From NCBI GenBank assembly GCA_964658305.1, contig OZ210885.1, positions 8,122,001 through 8,186,000 of the forward strand: 64,000 nucleotides of DNA, written 5' to 3'. This DNA comes from Leptogorgia sarmentosa. Taxonomy: Eukaryota. Below the pieces are notes generated by a model. That model was not told the DNA's origin. It was given only the letters and a program-made list of their open reading frames with translations, and ran no database searches. Both the position numbers and the translations under genes were made by a program. Each line of letters starts with the position of its first letter. Position 1 is the stretch's first letter. Of this stretch, positions 1-14,034 are shown piece after piece.

Positions 1-30
1 TCACAAAATGTTTGTTCTACGTTGCAAATT

Positions 31-532
31 CAGCGGCGTAAATCTTCAGTGTCGGCCCTCAGTTGAACTGTTGTGGATGGCCTCTTAATTATACCTCTTA
101 GCTTCACATTTTTACTATGCCAACTCTACGAAATATTCTCCTGAATTCTGCATATGATATGGATATTAATTGTGCTATTTCTTATCGAACATATTATAGC
201 TATTTAACATCTCTTCTGCTTCAATTATACCCTGGCAAAAACGTTCCGTAAAAAGAAGCACACTAAAATAAGTTCCTATAAAGCAGAAACAATGACAACA
301 GTAAAAGTTTGACTGTAATATACAACTATTAATATACATCCAAGCACAATTTAAAAGGCAACAAAATTGTTTCAGCTAGCTACTGAATGATATCAAACAT
401 TTCGTTAACTTCGAACTTTTTCGCATCTTCAGTTTCAATAAAAATTATTTGAATTTCACATTAGCCACGGCCCTGAAGAAACCTCTTCCAAGGGCCCCCA
501 GCCAGGTTGGGCCCCTAGTAGTTACGCCACTG
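31..532. mobile_element. Old, degenerate hAT-type MITE
   Basis: Imperfect TIRs CAGCGGCGTAAAT ... AGTTACGCCACTG with GGGCCC-rich subterminal motifs; flanking 8-mers TGCAAATT/TGTACATC match only 5/8. Confidence 0.4.
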
Positions 533-1575
533 TGTACATCGCTATTTACTACAAAAATTGGCTTCACATTTTAATACAAGAACGTTTATGAAGCGGATTG
601 ATGCATATCGTTTCAGTTCTTGGGTTTCACGTAACGTTCCATATTTGAGTGGGAGTACACTCTAAATAGCGACGCAGTCATCACAGTGAGTTAAATATTC
701 ACTGTATGTATTCAACTTGTGCTTCGTAGCGAATATGTGAAATTCAGAAGCATTTCGTCAGATTCGTGCAGCATAATCGTTAATACATTTTAGAAAAATG
801 TATTACTTACGAAAAGTACTCTTTCTCTCCTACTCTCTCTCCCTGGGGGGGGGGAGATAAAATAAAAATAACACATGTTTCATGACTATGTGGCTTCAAG
901 GAGAAATAAGGACATGGAATTCAACATATTGGACTCTGTTTTTCTCACTGATAGATGCTAATATGCCATACGTTTTCCACGATCAATCTTTATTTTTTTT
1001 GTACGTTGTGTTTTAACTACCATGCAACCCACCGTTCGAAAGTTCAGTTTATTAGGATTTCAATGGTTTTGTCTTTATTTCGTGCGGTATATACTCAGTG
1101 AAAAAAAAGATTTATAAAAATTTGTATTTCAACTTTCGGAAACGTGTTGGAGAGAAAGAGAGCTCGTTTGTAATCCGTCGTACATTTCAACCATTTTATC
1201 TGAACTCGTACCTGTAACCTGTTGTACTGTACAACAGGTTACAACTTGTATATAATCGACTACATTTGAAAACAAAGTATATTTTCATTATTTTGAAGCG
1301 AAGCCCACTGGCATACATGGCCCTTGCTTCACGGTTCTAACTTTCGCGATCTGTAACCAAGTTTTACCAACAGTACCACTGGTATGGATGCCCTGTACAA
1401 TGCATACAATTTGACCACAATGTGGCTATGGTATAGGGTGGGTTTATGAAATTTACAAACGGCATCGTATCGTGTGATTGGACCATGTTCACTAAATTCT
1501 TTTTGTGTTCTATGCCAGAAATAGCGGTTTTACAACGTAGCTGTAGTAAAATGATTTCCTGGGAAAACCAGATAC

Positions 1576-4500
1576 CAGTGCCGCATTAACTTTTTCTGGG
1601 CCCCTGGGCACTTGGTGAGTATGGGCCCCCTCTGTCTTCTATGTCATGGTCATTGGATTTTTTGTAGGTGCGAATTGTGAGACTGATTGCCTGCCTCGGC
1701 ATTGTTTCAAAAATTTTTTCATATGTTAATTATGGTCGCCATGTTGGATTTAAGTTTTTAGCCGTGATTGCGTGAGGAGGCTTATGGAACTTCAGTTGAG
1801 TGATTTGAGAGATTTTACATAATGATCACAACGAGACTGAGATAATAAGATTAATCGTTAGTGAACTTTTATTGAACTCAAAGACAACTTTAAGAAGTTA
1901 CAAAATACATATACTTCATTCACAATAACAAGTTGAAGGACTGCATGTATCTGTTCTATTTATTGTTCGTGACTTGCAAGTGGCAAATCAGCAGTTTTTA
2001 TATATCAACTTGAGTAGTGTGATATAAATAATATTTCACGTCTTCACTAACACTTTGGTACTGGTTTTCTTCGACATTTCATGGCTGCAAATTTCTTACT
2101 TACTTCATTTACATCCAAGCTTCGTAAAACATCAACATTAGCGGACATTAAACACAAGGAAACGAGTCTCTCTTGGGCCATTGTTGAACGAAGAGGACTC
2201 TTTATTCGTTTTAAGGCAGAAAAGCATCTCTCCCCCGACGCAACACCACAAGGTAAGGTTAGGAACAATCGTAGTGCGATCGTGGCATTTGGAAAGGTTG
2301 CAACAACACGCCCGTTGATGATCAGCTCTAGTAAAAATTGAGCAGTTGGCTTGTTTACTTCCTTGTCATCATTTTCAGAACTCTCTTCGCTAGGAAGCTT
2401 CTTAGGGGCTCTTTCACAAAGCTGAAAAACTGGATCATTTCGTTGACCATGTTGTCATCAAAGTGCATTGGATAAGCCTTTTTTAATGCGTTGCATTTTT
2501 CAACAATGTTGTCTTCCTCTTTTGGAAAAGACAAGAAGTCAAACCGTTCAGATATCAGCTGGTAGGATTGCTTACGGCGGGCTAATTCACTCTGGATGCT
2601 GTCAATGATAGCAAGAAAGGTATCGACATAAAACTTATCCGGACCAGGTAACTGATCATCATCGCTTATGCTTTCGTCTGAAGCTTTCTTTCGTTCCTTT
2701 CTCCGCGTCCTGTCATCTTTAAACTCTTGGTATGTGTTCTCAGAAAAGTACTTCGCACGTTTGAGATAATTGTCGAACTGATTTCTGTTCCTGAGGTCAT
2801 TGACAAATGACTGTAAACTATTGATCAGATCGACCACACATGACAAGCTTATATCAATTTTCTGCAAGGAAAGATTGGTTTTATGGATTCTGCCAAGTAA
2901 ATCGTACCAAAATAAAACCATGAAAGCAAATTCGAGTAAATCTATCTTCTCTGAAATCGAAACTGCTTCATTTCGCGTGGTTGGCGTGCTCTTCATCTGA
3001 CGCCAAGTCTTCTAAGGCTTCCTTGATAGCACCTTCACTTTCGACAATGGCTTTGATTGCATCATGTCGTGCTGACCATCTAGTATCCGATAATTTCTTC
3101 ACGACTAATCCTTTCTTGGCCAGTTTGCCTTTGATGACTTCCCAGCGACATGGCGACGCAGAAAAAACCCTGTAGATCTCCGCAACAATGCAGAAAAACA
3201 ATACTGCTGCTGTGCAACTCTCAGCAGCAGAGGTTCCTACCAAGTTTAGTGAATGTGCAGCACATGGTACGTATGGCGCACATTGATTAATTTCGCTAAT
3301 TCTTGCTTGAACACTAGAGTATTTGCCAGACATGTTCGATGCATTGTCATATGACTGGCCCCTGCACATATTGATATCCAATCCTAATGCTGCAACTAAT
3401 GAAAGAATTCTCTCTGTCAGTGACTCGCTTTTGTGTGACTTGATGGGAACAAAGCCTACATATCTTTCTACAGGCTTTGCGTTCTCAATGTATCTTATAA
3501 CTAGTGTGAGTTGATCGATGTGGGATATGTCAGGTGTAGAGTCCGCAATGATGGAATAGTACTTCGCATTTAGGATAGATGATAAAATATTTGCCTTAAC
3601 TTCAGAAGCAAGAATACTTATGACTTCTTCCATGACAGTGTGAGACAAATAGGATGTGTTACCACGTCCTCTGTTGCCATAACGGGTAATATGATCAGCC
3701 AAAAACGTATCAAACTTAGCAATAAGTTCCATAGCACCAAGATAGTTGCCATTATGTGGATTACCAATATCATGTGAATCTCCCCTGAATGCTTGCCCTC
3801 TTTCAGCTAAATAGCGCACTGACTCAATAACTCGTACGATAACTGCCTCCCAGTAACGTTCTTCCTGTTGAAGAAGCAAAAGTTGCTGGGAATCCACCAA
3901 TCCATTTTTCATCTCCCACAATTTGAATACCTTAATGCTCTCAAAATGACCAGAACACTTTTCATGCTGATGGACAACTTCTGGATGTTTCCAGTCATCA
4001 AAACCCTTCTCCGAAAATAAACAGTTGTTTGGATTTGAATCAAATAAAGTACAGTAAAAACAAAATATTTTTCCAGTTGAAGGAGAATACAAGAGCCAGT
4101 CCCTTGACACAATTTCACCAATTGGCAATACTCTTCCAAGAAGAGACTTTGTGAAATATCGAAGCTTTATCTTATTTTTCTCGTTATATTCTCTGGCTGA
4201 TGCTCTATGGTCGCACTCCCAGTTTTGGCAGCTTTTTGGACCATTAGTTGACCAGTAGCGTTTCAAATCAGGCGAAATCGGTTTCCAGAGAGCAGGATCA
4301 GCTGGAAAAGGATCCGATTCAGGGTAAGGGATGGTCATACTACTCTCGAGATCAGGAAACTGGGTTACTGTGCCAGTGCTACTGCCAATTGTAGTTGTTT
4401 CAACATGATCGACGGTGGTTTATACGTAACAGTCCAGTTCGGTTGTATTATCGACAATTGTCAGCCCAGATTTTGAACCTTCGTTAACAGTATCACAAAC

Positions 4501-5168
4501 ATGCTGATGCTGTCCAATTTCTTCAAGAGTCTTATCCGTTTCAGCGGTTGGGCTCACATCGTCTCGAAGTACTTCGATTCTATCATCATCTACATTGGAA
4601 TTAGGTGCATTAGACGAAAATCCAAAATTTGAAAGTGTTGGGATTGTTGCTAGAAGGCTCTTGTTTGCAGCTTCCTTCTCCTTTCGGATTTTTCTCTTCG
4701 CCGCACCACTCAACGATGACGATCGTCTATTATAAGCACTCTAGTCTAGGACCTGTATATGAGTTTGTATGCACTTCATATACAGGTCCTAGACTACTCA
4801 TGTTTTATTCATTTCAAATCTTCATTTCGAAAAACAATTGTCAGTTTAGCTACCTTGGTCAGCGGCTTGCTTTAAAAAAATTGATGTACTTGATGTAAAC
4901 TAGTGCTAAAGTCACAAAAATAGATGCATTTTCTATTGCAATTTTAAATTTATTTTATTTTATTTACAAACTTTGAGTTAATCTCCATTGTGCCCCCCGC
5001 CCCTTAAAAATATATACAGATTAAAAGACGCAAAGTAGTCTGTAATAGTTTGCACCGGAAAGTTGTGCTTTGAATTTTAATTTACTCTCATTGTCGAACT
5101 CAAAATTTTGGGCCCCTAAAATGCTTGGGCCCCCAGGCCCAGTGGGCCCTGTGGTTAATGCGGCACTG
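1576..5168 (-). mobile_element. hAT DNA transposon (ZMYM1/DUF4371-type transposase), full boundaries
   Basis: Perfect 15-bp TIRs CAGTGCCGCATTAAC (1576-1590, 5154-5168), perfect 8-bp TSD CCAGATAC (1568-1575, 5169-5176), GGGCCC subterminal motifs, internal transposase. Confidence 0.96.
2047..4713 (-). pseudogene. Disrupted hAT transposase
   Basis: TTF zinc finger (RDWLLYS..FCFYC..GFDDWK..HEKC..H), IIADSTPDISH, GQSYDNASNMSG, CAAHSLNL, SDTRWSAR, SGERCFSALKRIK dimerisation motif. In-frame TAA at 4420-4422, frameshifts near 2997 and 2405. Confidence 0.92.
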
Positions 5169-5468
5169 CCAGATACGTCTGTTTTAGTAGCACCTCTCAA
5201 CCTTCGCCAAAAGTACAAATATTTCATTTCAAACAATAATTGCAACAGCTGGTTTGAGGATTCCAGCGACTGCGTATCTTCAAACCAGCGGTTAACTGTA
5301 AACGTCGTGTAGAGCGCAGTGAAACGAAGTGTAAAAACATAACCCACCAACAGCCAGAGCATGTTCAGCGCCGGAGAGGGACACAATTAAAAACAAGATT
5401 TCACAAAATCGTCTAGGGTTAGACATTATTGAAGTATCAGTCTGACGAGTATCCATCATGCGTTGTAG

Positions 5469-5678
5469 GGCTGAAAGTGTATTGTGTATCTACCGGAGAA
5501 AACCTCTCAACAAGTATTCCTGAGGGAGTCAAGTCGCTGTGTACGACCAAAGATGGACAGTTCGTTGCTACTGGTGGATATTATGACAAGACTATCAAGT
5601 TGTGGAAAGCCGATACACTAAATTTTGAGGCTAGTTTGGTTGGCCATAAAGATTGGGTGACATGTGTTATCGCAACAG
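5469..5678 (+). CDS. WD40-repeat protein, first visible exon (acceptor uncertain; 5423 or 5441 also possible)
   Basis: DGQFVATGGYYDKTIKLW..LVGHKDWVTCV; donor G|GTATGC, phase 1. Confidence 0.8.
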
Positions 5679-7802
5679 GTATGCAATACTGTATGAGTTG
5701 ATATATTTCATAACATTTTGAAGATCTTACTTCAATAGAGTCTCTTCAGAATTATATTTGTTATTTCTTTGGGATAAAACATATTTTTTATTATAAACTT
5801 CCTTAATGGTTCAATAAAGCAAGGATTGGAGGGGAATATCATGTTTTGGAATAAATTTTCCCAATTGTTGCACAAAAATACTTGCTTGTAACAGCATTCT
5901 AATATTGTAATGAAAAATTATGCCTAGAAAGAAAGCAATGTCTTTCCTTAATTGTTAGTATGGTGGTAATCAGTGCTTTCATGTACAAGCACTATTTTAG
6001 GACTTTCTGATTTCCTTCAAATTTTTAGGCTGGTTGTATTTGTATAATAATTATGCTAAGAGTATTTTAGAATGACTATTAGATTTATCTATGCTAGCTT
6101 TCTAAATATACTTTGAGACAATTTGCTTGTGTGTAATATTTCAACTGATTACCCTGTGTCGCAGACCTTAATGTATAAATTGTGATACTGTACTAGTAGA
6201 TTCAAAAGACTTGGCATTTATTTGGCATGAAGCACTGACGGATGAAAGCCAACATGAATGAATGTTTTTTATAAAGTAATATTGTTTTAGATATACTGTC
6301 CGTTGCCAAGGTATATAGCCAGGTGTCGTTTGACTTACCTCGTCCATCTTCACCTCAGATCCTTTTATTCCAACGGACAAAAATGATATAGTTTGACCTG
6401 TTTTATAATTGTTGTGACAAACATTGTGCTGTACTGTTAGAACTTGGTAGGTTAATTGCTTGAATAAATGTGATAATAATTTAATTTAATCAGTCAATTT
6501 TCACAGCTACTCAGTGACATGGAAGAGCAGTTAGGCAACAGTTAAGAGCAGTTAAACACAGTTATGTTCCCAAACAAAAGTATGAATACATGTGCAAACT
6601 AATAATGATGTAATGCAGAAATGAAAATTTCCCATTGCGGTACATGCTACAGTGTACGTGCTGTTCAGTATTGTTACACTCTGGTTTTGAGTAATTGCAC
6701 CGACGCAGAGTTCTTACGAACTTTCATTAGACTTTTTCTTAACTTTACAGTACATAGTATTGATATAGGTTGAAATAGCAATTATAAATTTGGGTACTCT
6801 AATCTTTCCTCAGGAAAAAACTTTTTAGACTTTTCAGAAGTTAAACTTTGTTTTAACACTTATATTATCATAAAATTAGGAAATAACTTCAACAAACCTT
6901 TAGAACTTTGCGGGCCAAATTAAACGTTGATTACGACTGCGTATTTCCTATTTATTTTTAATAAACGAGAAAGAAGTTTGTTTGTATAAAATCCAATTAA
7001 ACACGTATTACGAAATCAACTCTTCGAGCAGCTTCAAGAAAGACTACCGTATTTCCTCTATTTAGCCCCTTGGGGGATATTTATGTTTTCCTGCTTTCAG
7101 GTGAGCGCTTATCTGAAGAGGGGACTAAGTAGATGGTGGGGGCTTAATAAATTTTCACCCAAATTTGGTACCGTAAATATACTAATTCACACAACACATC
7201 CAGAATATCAATTGACTTCATTACGCATTCATATTTAAAAAATAAAGCAACGAAAGTTTTTTTCCATAAATGTTTTACTTGATTCTCAGCCGAATTGAAC
7301 CAAAATGTAATCATCTCTTCCTTGTGCAATGCCAAACAATTGTGCAAGATGTTCGATATTTCTCAAGTTATCGTGTTCACAGACCAACATACACACACAC
7401 GTATGCACACAAACAAACCAAGATGATTACATAACCTCCTCGCGGAGGTAATGAGCTTTAACATTATGCAAAACTAACTGGAAGAATGATGTTACTTTGC
7501 ACAATTCATTCGTGATTAATGTACGTGCCAAACGCTTCGGCCATATTTTGAGTATTTCAAGTTTATCCTGACACATTGGAATTTCTTTTTGCGTCAATTT
7601 CTCTTCAATATCCTAACGGTACCAACAAAATAAACTTTCGGTATTCTACTACTGTAGAATCCATTGCCTGGACATGCCGAATGCATATATAAAAATTTCT
7701 CCTGTCAGCGATCGAGTTATTGAATATATTTAGGATATCATGTACTTTGCTTTCCCTAGTTTTTTGTGCCAGTTCGACTAAAGTGCGAAGTTTCTCTTTT
7801 AG

Positions 7803-8046
7803 ATTCAGGAAAAAACAATCCAATGCTCGTGTCTGCTTCAGACGATAGGACAATAAAAATTTGGGATTTAAAAACTTATCAAGAAATTCGTACTCTTAAG
7901 GGTCATGAATCCGATATTAGCTGTGTCGCTGTGAGCGATGATAAAAAGTATATTATCTCTGGAGACAAGAGAGGAAGTGCGAGGTTGTGGTGTTTGCACA
8001 CTGGAAAGTGCCTTTCCTGTTATGAAGGTCGTACCGATAGCACCAG
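7803..8046 (+). CDS. WD40-repeat protein exon
   Basis: TTTTAG acceptor; LVSASDDRTIKIWD..LKGHESDISCVAVS; donor AG|GTGGGT, phase 2. Confidence 0.9.
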
Positions 8047-8849
8047 GTGGGTTCACTCTAGCAGCTATATCTAATTTAGCGAAAGGATCGTTATGCGGGC
8101 AAGGCAACAACGAAGACCCAATACATAACATTAAGCTTAACATACAACACATTCTGTTTTGTGTAATTGTATTAATTTATTACGATAATTCACAGTCACA
8201 CTTAGACGTACTGCTTCTTGAAATCGGTTATTGATCAATTGAAAAGATAGCGAAGTTGAACACCATAAAAGTAATTTTCAGTCATCCATTTGTTCATAAC
8301 GCTATAAGAAGTTCTAGTTATTACATTAATATACTAATTGGCTTCTGGCTATAGACGTGCTTATTTGCAATGGACGACTTGGGCTTTAGAAAGATTTTAA
8401 TGAGGGATAAACGTAGGAAATTCAGCGTATGACATCCAATGCAACATAATTTTACCTGTTGTACATCTATCATTACCCTATCTTGTATTGTTGCTTTCGT
8501 TGATTATCTGCAGTACTGAACTCTACAATATGTCAATAGGGCTCCCGTTGATAACAGTTATTTTTATTACTGACGGGACTACCCTATGTAAATAAAGGTT
8601 TTATCTATCTATCTAACTTCTTAATTGTTGACATAGTAATAGAAAGATTTTTGCAAAAATTAAAGTGACCATAGGTGTAGTTTTCATTTGCACTAAAATT
8701 TGATGAATACGACATATTTCCCATGCAGATCATGTATGAATAAATTATACAGCATATTTTGATAACATTGGTCTGACAGAGATCGTCTTTGCCTTTTTTC
8801 GGTAAAAAAATTATTATTAGAAATAACCAATCAACTTGTAATATTTCAG

Positions 8850-9088
8850 CGGTGTTGCAATAATTCCCAATGAAAAGAAGGCATTGACAGCGTCATGGGA
8901 TGGAAGTATCAGGGTTTGGAACCTGGGAACTGCTGCGTACATGAAAAAAAACAGTCCCTCTGATAATTCAAATGACGTCACAGATATTAAAATCGCTCAT
9001 GATGAGTCTAGATGTGTTTGCGCATCTAAAGATAGTACTTTCAAAGTTTGGAATCTCCACACACATGCACAGTGCTTTTCTGTCACAG
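8850..9088 (+). CDS. WD40-repeat protein exon
   Basis: TTTCAG acceptor; ALTASWDGSIRVWN..ASKDSTFKVWN; donor G|GTATAG, phase 1. Confidence 0.9.
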
Positions 9089-10632
9089 GTATAGTTCAAA
9101 TTGTCTATTTGGGCCAGCTTTCTTATAAATAGGTTGCGGACGATCTCGTTTTCATTTCATTTCATTTCACTAAACTCATTTTCATTTTACTAAATTCATA
9201 TGAACCTACCTCAACCTTGTTAATTTTTGTGCTTCAAGCACTGCACCATGTTCAAAAACTACTATTTTTGCGTAGAACAAAATTACCTGGAAATTAAAAT
9301 CTTGTAGATACTCGCGTATAATAAGCAAATCGGAATAGTTGATGAGAAACGTTCTTGTCTGCAACGCTCTGCACTGATATGAAGACAGAAAACCGGTGGT
9401 TAACTACAGTTGAATTGATAGCAGGCTTTCGTGGATTAATTAGGCCTACGTTAATTGCCTTTCGATTTGCATTCCCTAATTACAAAATTTCAACTAGTTT
9501 CATGCAGAATGACGATATAAACCTCCTTGAATACAAAACAATAAGCTAAGATATTGAATTATTTTGATGTTTCTCTCGTGTTGTGTCTATCATTGTCGTC
9601 TGTGTGTATCAAATATTCCGTATCTCTACACTATTCCTTGTATTCATGTAATAAACAAATTACTTCATGCGCTGATGACTCGTTTGTTCGAATTTTATTA
9701 TTTGCGAATCGTACGGTACACATCTCTATTTACATCATTGACGAAAGGGAAATGTTTTATGAGATTTGGCGACCGTCTAAGACGGAAAGAGAATACATAG
9801 AGATTGGCTACTTCACGGTTGGCGAGTGCGTACGATTTTTATTTAACACTTGTGATGGATCGCTAAATAAACGAGTGAGCGCAGTGAACGAGTGAGCTTA
9901 GCGATCACAACGAGTAATTAATAAAAATGGTACAAACGAGCAACTGGGAAGTAATTTGTTTATTACAGGAGTATAAAGAAGAGTGTAGAGACACGGAATA
10001 TTTGATACTGACAGACAACAATGACAAACACAACGTAAGCAAAGTATCAAGATATAAAATTTCTCACCACTTATTGCAAAGGTGATTTTATGCCTTGAAC
10101 AGTGGATAGTTGCACACTCATTTCTCCTCTGGTTTGAAATATGTCAATACGAAGTCTTGGAAAGGATTTAACGTGAAGTTACGGGGTTCCACATAAAGCG
10201 TATCACGGTTGTTGTGCAGTTTCAGCGTGCGTTTCTAGTCCATTCTTTTGATAGTTTATGGTCTAGTCCACCAGAATAAGGTTCAATATGCGACCAGTGT
10301 AGGTTCCGGATATAATAACATCGACAAGCAACAAAAGTTCTACTTACCGCCTAGTAAACGTTAGAAAACAAATTCACTGCCTATCGTTCAGTAGGTGAGT
10401 TGCAATTTTGCTGCTTGTTAAAGTATCAAATTATATATTAGATACAGTATTTAATCCACTCCTCAAGACTTTTTCTTTTCATTGTATGCATTTAAATCCT
10501 TAAATTGCAAAGATTTTTACATTAATTTTAATAACGCGTCCAACCTGATCATTTGTGACTGTTACAGAAAATATCCTTTTGATGTTTACTTCAATTTTTG
10601 AATTGATTCTTTTTTCCTTCCTGATTAAATAG

Positions 10633-10742
10633 GTGACCTTGAATGGGCAAAACATGTTGCAGTCTCTGTTGATGATCGCTATGTCGTTTCGCTGTCAAAG
10701 GATAGGAATATCTTCAAGGCCTCAACGAAGTCCTCGATAAAG
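10633..10742 (+). CDS. WD40-repeat protein exon (absent from ORF track)
   Basis: AATAG acceptor; GDLEWAKHVAVSVDDRYVVSLSKDRNIFKASTKSSIK; donor AAG|GTATGG; phase 1 in, phase 0 out, joining to VWNLSDG. Confidence 0.85.
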
Positions 10743-11996
10743 GTATGGTACACAAGGCTACTAGCTATACTGTCCATATAGAAATACAAACATCCGAACA
10801 CAAGAAATTTTTTGAATTGTTTGTTCCACGTTTCGACTCGGCGCATTCATTATTAGCAATGTATACAATATTTACAAAACATGGGTACATATACTTGTGA
10901 AATGCATTAATAATTCATGAAGAAAACACAGGGGAAATCGTCAGCGTGCATGTGTCAGTATATGTTATACGTACATTTCGGTTGATTGGCAGAAACTATA
11001 ACTTTGATTTTCTGATGTAATATCAGATGTGTTCTTAAAATTAAAGAAGGTTTGCATCAGACCTTAGATAATCGAAGGCATACATGGAAGGGAAACTCTG
11101 GCTTAAACTGCACGACATTCGCGTTATGCGCTTCGTTTTGAAACCTGTAACTTCACATTTAATCCATTCCAGGACTTTGTACTGACATAATTATTTTAAA
11201 CCGGAACCGAAAGAAATGTACATTTACATATAATACATATAAGAAAACATAAGAATGACCGTTTGAAGTAGGTTATATTTAATTAGGTTATGTTAGGAAA
11301 ATTGTATATCAGTGTATGGATACGAACATTGAAGTATTGACTTTCAATTTCATAAACAGCTTTAAATTTCGACAGATTCAGTAAGTTACTAACTTACCAT
11401 GTGTTACGGAATGGATTCTCATGCAAGATTTAAGACAAACTATACATCAACTTCATTCAGACCTATATGATGACGGTTTCAGGTCAACGTACACATAACC
11501 CATGATGGATATTAATAATTGAAGTATGAATATGTGACCAGTGTAGGTAGCAGATGGCAACATCAACAACAAATAAAGGTCTACTCAATACCTATAAGGG
11601 ATACAAGCGGATTTGACGTTTCCAGCAAAAGGGCCCTCTTCGGGAGTTAGTTTAACACAATATTCGATTCCAGCGAAGGGCTTTGCTCGAAACGTAAAAT
11701 CTGTTTAAATTACTTAGGTAGTGAGTAGACTCTTTGCTGCCTGTTAATAAAGCAACTACCAACACAACTGAGTACTATAAATACAACTTTTATTTGTATT
11801 GTAGTTGGATAATCAGGAACAAGATTAACCCGATCGTAAAATATCCCTATTACTAAAATCCCCACCAAATTTGTCATCTGTACGGGAAAAATACTCACTA
11901 CCTATTTTGTCTTGCTGGAAGACCCAGCAACAACTTACAGAATGCTGAAGTTCTGTCATGTACGAGTTTACCTATTCGTGATGCGACACAAGATAT

Positions 11997-12465
11997 CAGG
12001 GGCGGACTGGCCATAGGGAGGACCGGGAGGTTTCCCGGTGGGCCTGTTCTTCCATTGGACCGGTTGGCCGGACAATATTGTGCTAGACTGCTAGTCAATT
12101 CAACTTCATTTATGAATAATACTGTACCAACATTAAATTGAAGCGCTACTTAATTAACTTGTTTCGTTAACAAGTAGACAACTAATGGATCACTCTCTTT
12201 CAGTTCCAATTAAATGTCATTATGTCACTGTTCTTAATGTCGTACACTAGCCCTTGAAACCCTAAGACGAAAAAGTGGCGATCTCATTAATACGAACGAA
12301 GTCCTTGTTCTTATTCAAGTCATTGTTTCTGGGATAATCTTTAGTTTTTCACCTTTCTTTCTTATTCCACTTTATTTTCACCTTTATTTCTTCTTTTACT
12401 AATACTTCCGCAGTGGCCCGCTTTCCTCATTCATCCCAGGAAAAATTTTGGTCAGTCCGCCCCTG
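11997..12465. mobile_element. Non-autonomous hAT MITE in intron
   Basis: TIRs CAGGGGCGGACTG ... CAGTCCGCCCCTG; perfect 8-bp TSD CAAGATAT (11989-11996, 12466-12473). Confidence 0.92.
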
Positions 12466-13398
12466 CAAGATATATATTGTTCAAGATCGGTATCAATAGT
12501 TACGTATAATTGACATTTGATATAGTCCAATTAATATGAGGCTCGGAAATAATCCTGTATATATATCGATGACGGATGACTAGATGGGGCAAGAATCGTG
12601 GAAAAATTCATTGTGGGCAACGCATGCGTAATTAGTAATACCTGTCAACTGGTGAAAGAAATCAAATTTCAACTCCCCCCCTCGTGTAATGGAGGAGGTC
12701 TAATGCAGTAACAATTTATAACGTTCCTGCAACGGGATGGTTGTTCACATATAAGATTGCGCTATCCTATCGTTTAGGTAGTGAGCAAGACTGTTGCTCT
12801 TTGTTGAATTTCCTAAAACAACCCGTTAAAATCTGACGGGAATAAAACTTAAATATTTTGAAATTGCCTGCTTTTTATCAATTGCCTGCTCCGTATCTGC
12901 GATTTTATAGGCTTCCGGTTTTTTAAAACGGTTGAAACTTGAAATATTTGCTAACAAGTAAATAGCCCTTTCTGAATTTTCCACAATTTGCATGGCCGTT
13001 TCATTATTCGTATAACGAAAATTGCAATAGACTCCTGAACTCAACCAAACCAGTCAAACTTTCTGCAGTAGCTTTATTCACGCGGTTCTATGCATGCAGT
13101 TAAACTGTTAAATGCATACATAAAATTTGAAGACACAAATTGAACAAAGTCATCACCAAGATTATGTCACTGGAAAAGTGTTAGAGTGATGGAAATTATA
13201 TTTCTTATTCCCTACTCCAAGCCTAATTCCTAACGTCGCAGTTGGTACTGAATCTTAGAATTAAAGCAGGCCCGCCGTAAGATGAGATCTCTGGAGCCCC
13301 CCCCCCCCCCCCCCCCCCCCCCACTCACCTGAAGTAAATGAAGTCGTGAATTAGTTGTCTTTCGCAACATAGGAAAATATAGACATTTTCTTTAATAT

Positions 13399-14034
13399 TT
13401 TTAAATCGTAATGTAAAATATTTCGTAATTTTCACTAATGCTTACACGAAGTTTTAAGACGTAAGTAAGAAGCGCGCAAAGAGTGAAGGGAAGGCGGAAA
13501 ATTAGGGAAGCCTCTGCCATATAATGCTTTCAAGATGGCGGCATTATAACCCACGAGGTCATGACCTCAATATGAATAATGGATGAGTAAATTTCAAATA
13601 CGTTATTGGGTTTATCCGGTAGACCTTTTCAAGTGGCGAAAGGATGTATCAAGCCCTTCAATGTCAGACACGATGTCCATTTCTAAAAATATAATGTAAA
13701 TATACTGTATAACGCTTATCAAAAAGCCAAAATAATATCGAACAATCCTTACTTACCATCCACACTAAGATTCCGTATTGAAGTTTCCAGCATTTCAAAG
13801 ACGGATTCATCCGCTTTCGCATCGTTCGTGTCACTGATAGCCTCCACCATGTTGGCTCACGAAATCGCCCTGTTGCTCGCAAAATGTCGCATTATATGGC
13901 AGAGGCATTTTTCAATTCTTTCCTCCTTTCCTTCACTCCTTGCGCGCTTCTTACTTACGCCCCAAAACTTCGTGTAAGCATTAGTGAAAATTACGAAATA
14001 TTTGAAAATTAGTAAATTACATTACGATTTAAAA
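13399..14034. repeat. Foldback/MITE-like element with ~130-bp inverted arms
   Basis: TTCGTAATTTTCACTAATGCTTACACGAAGTTTT..CGTAAGTAAGAAGCGCGCAA (~13399-13527) mirrored at ~13889-14034. Confidence 0.75.

Noticed and set aside
13298..13322. Long poly-C run (G-quadruplex potential)
   Set aside because: Simple homopolymer, length unreliable in assemblies, no supporting context.
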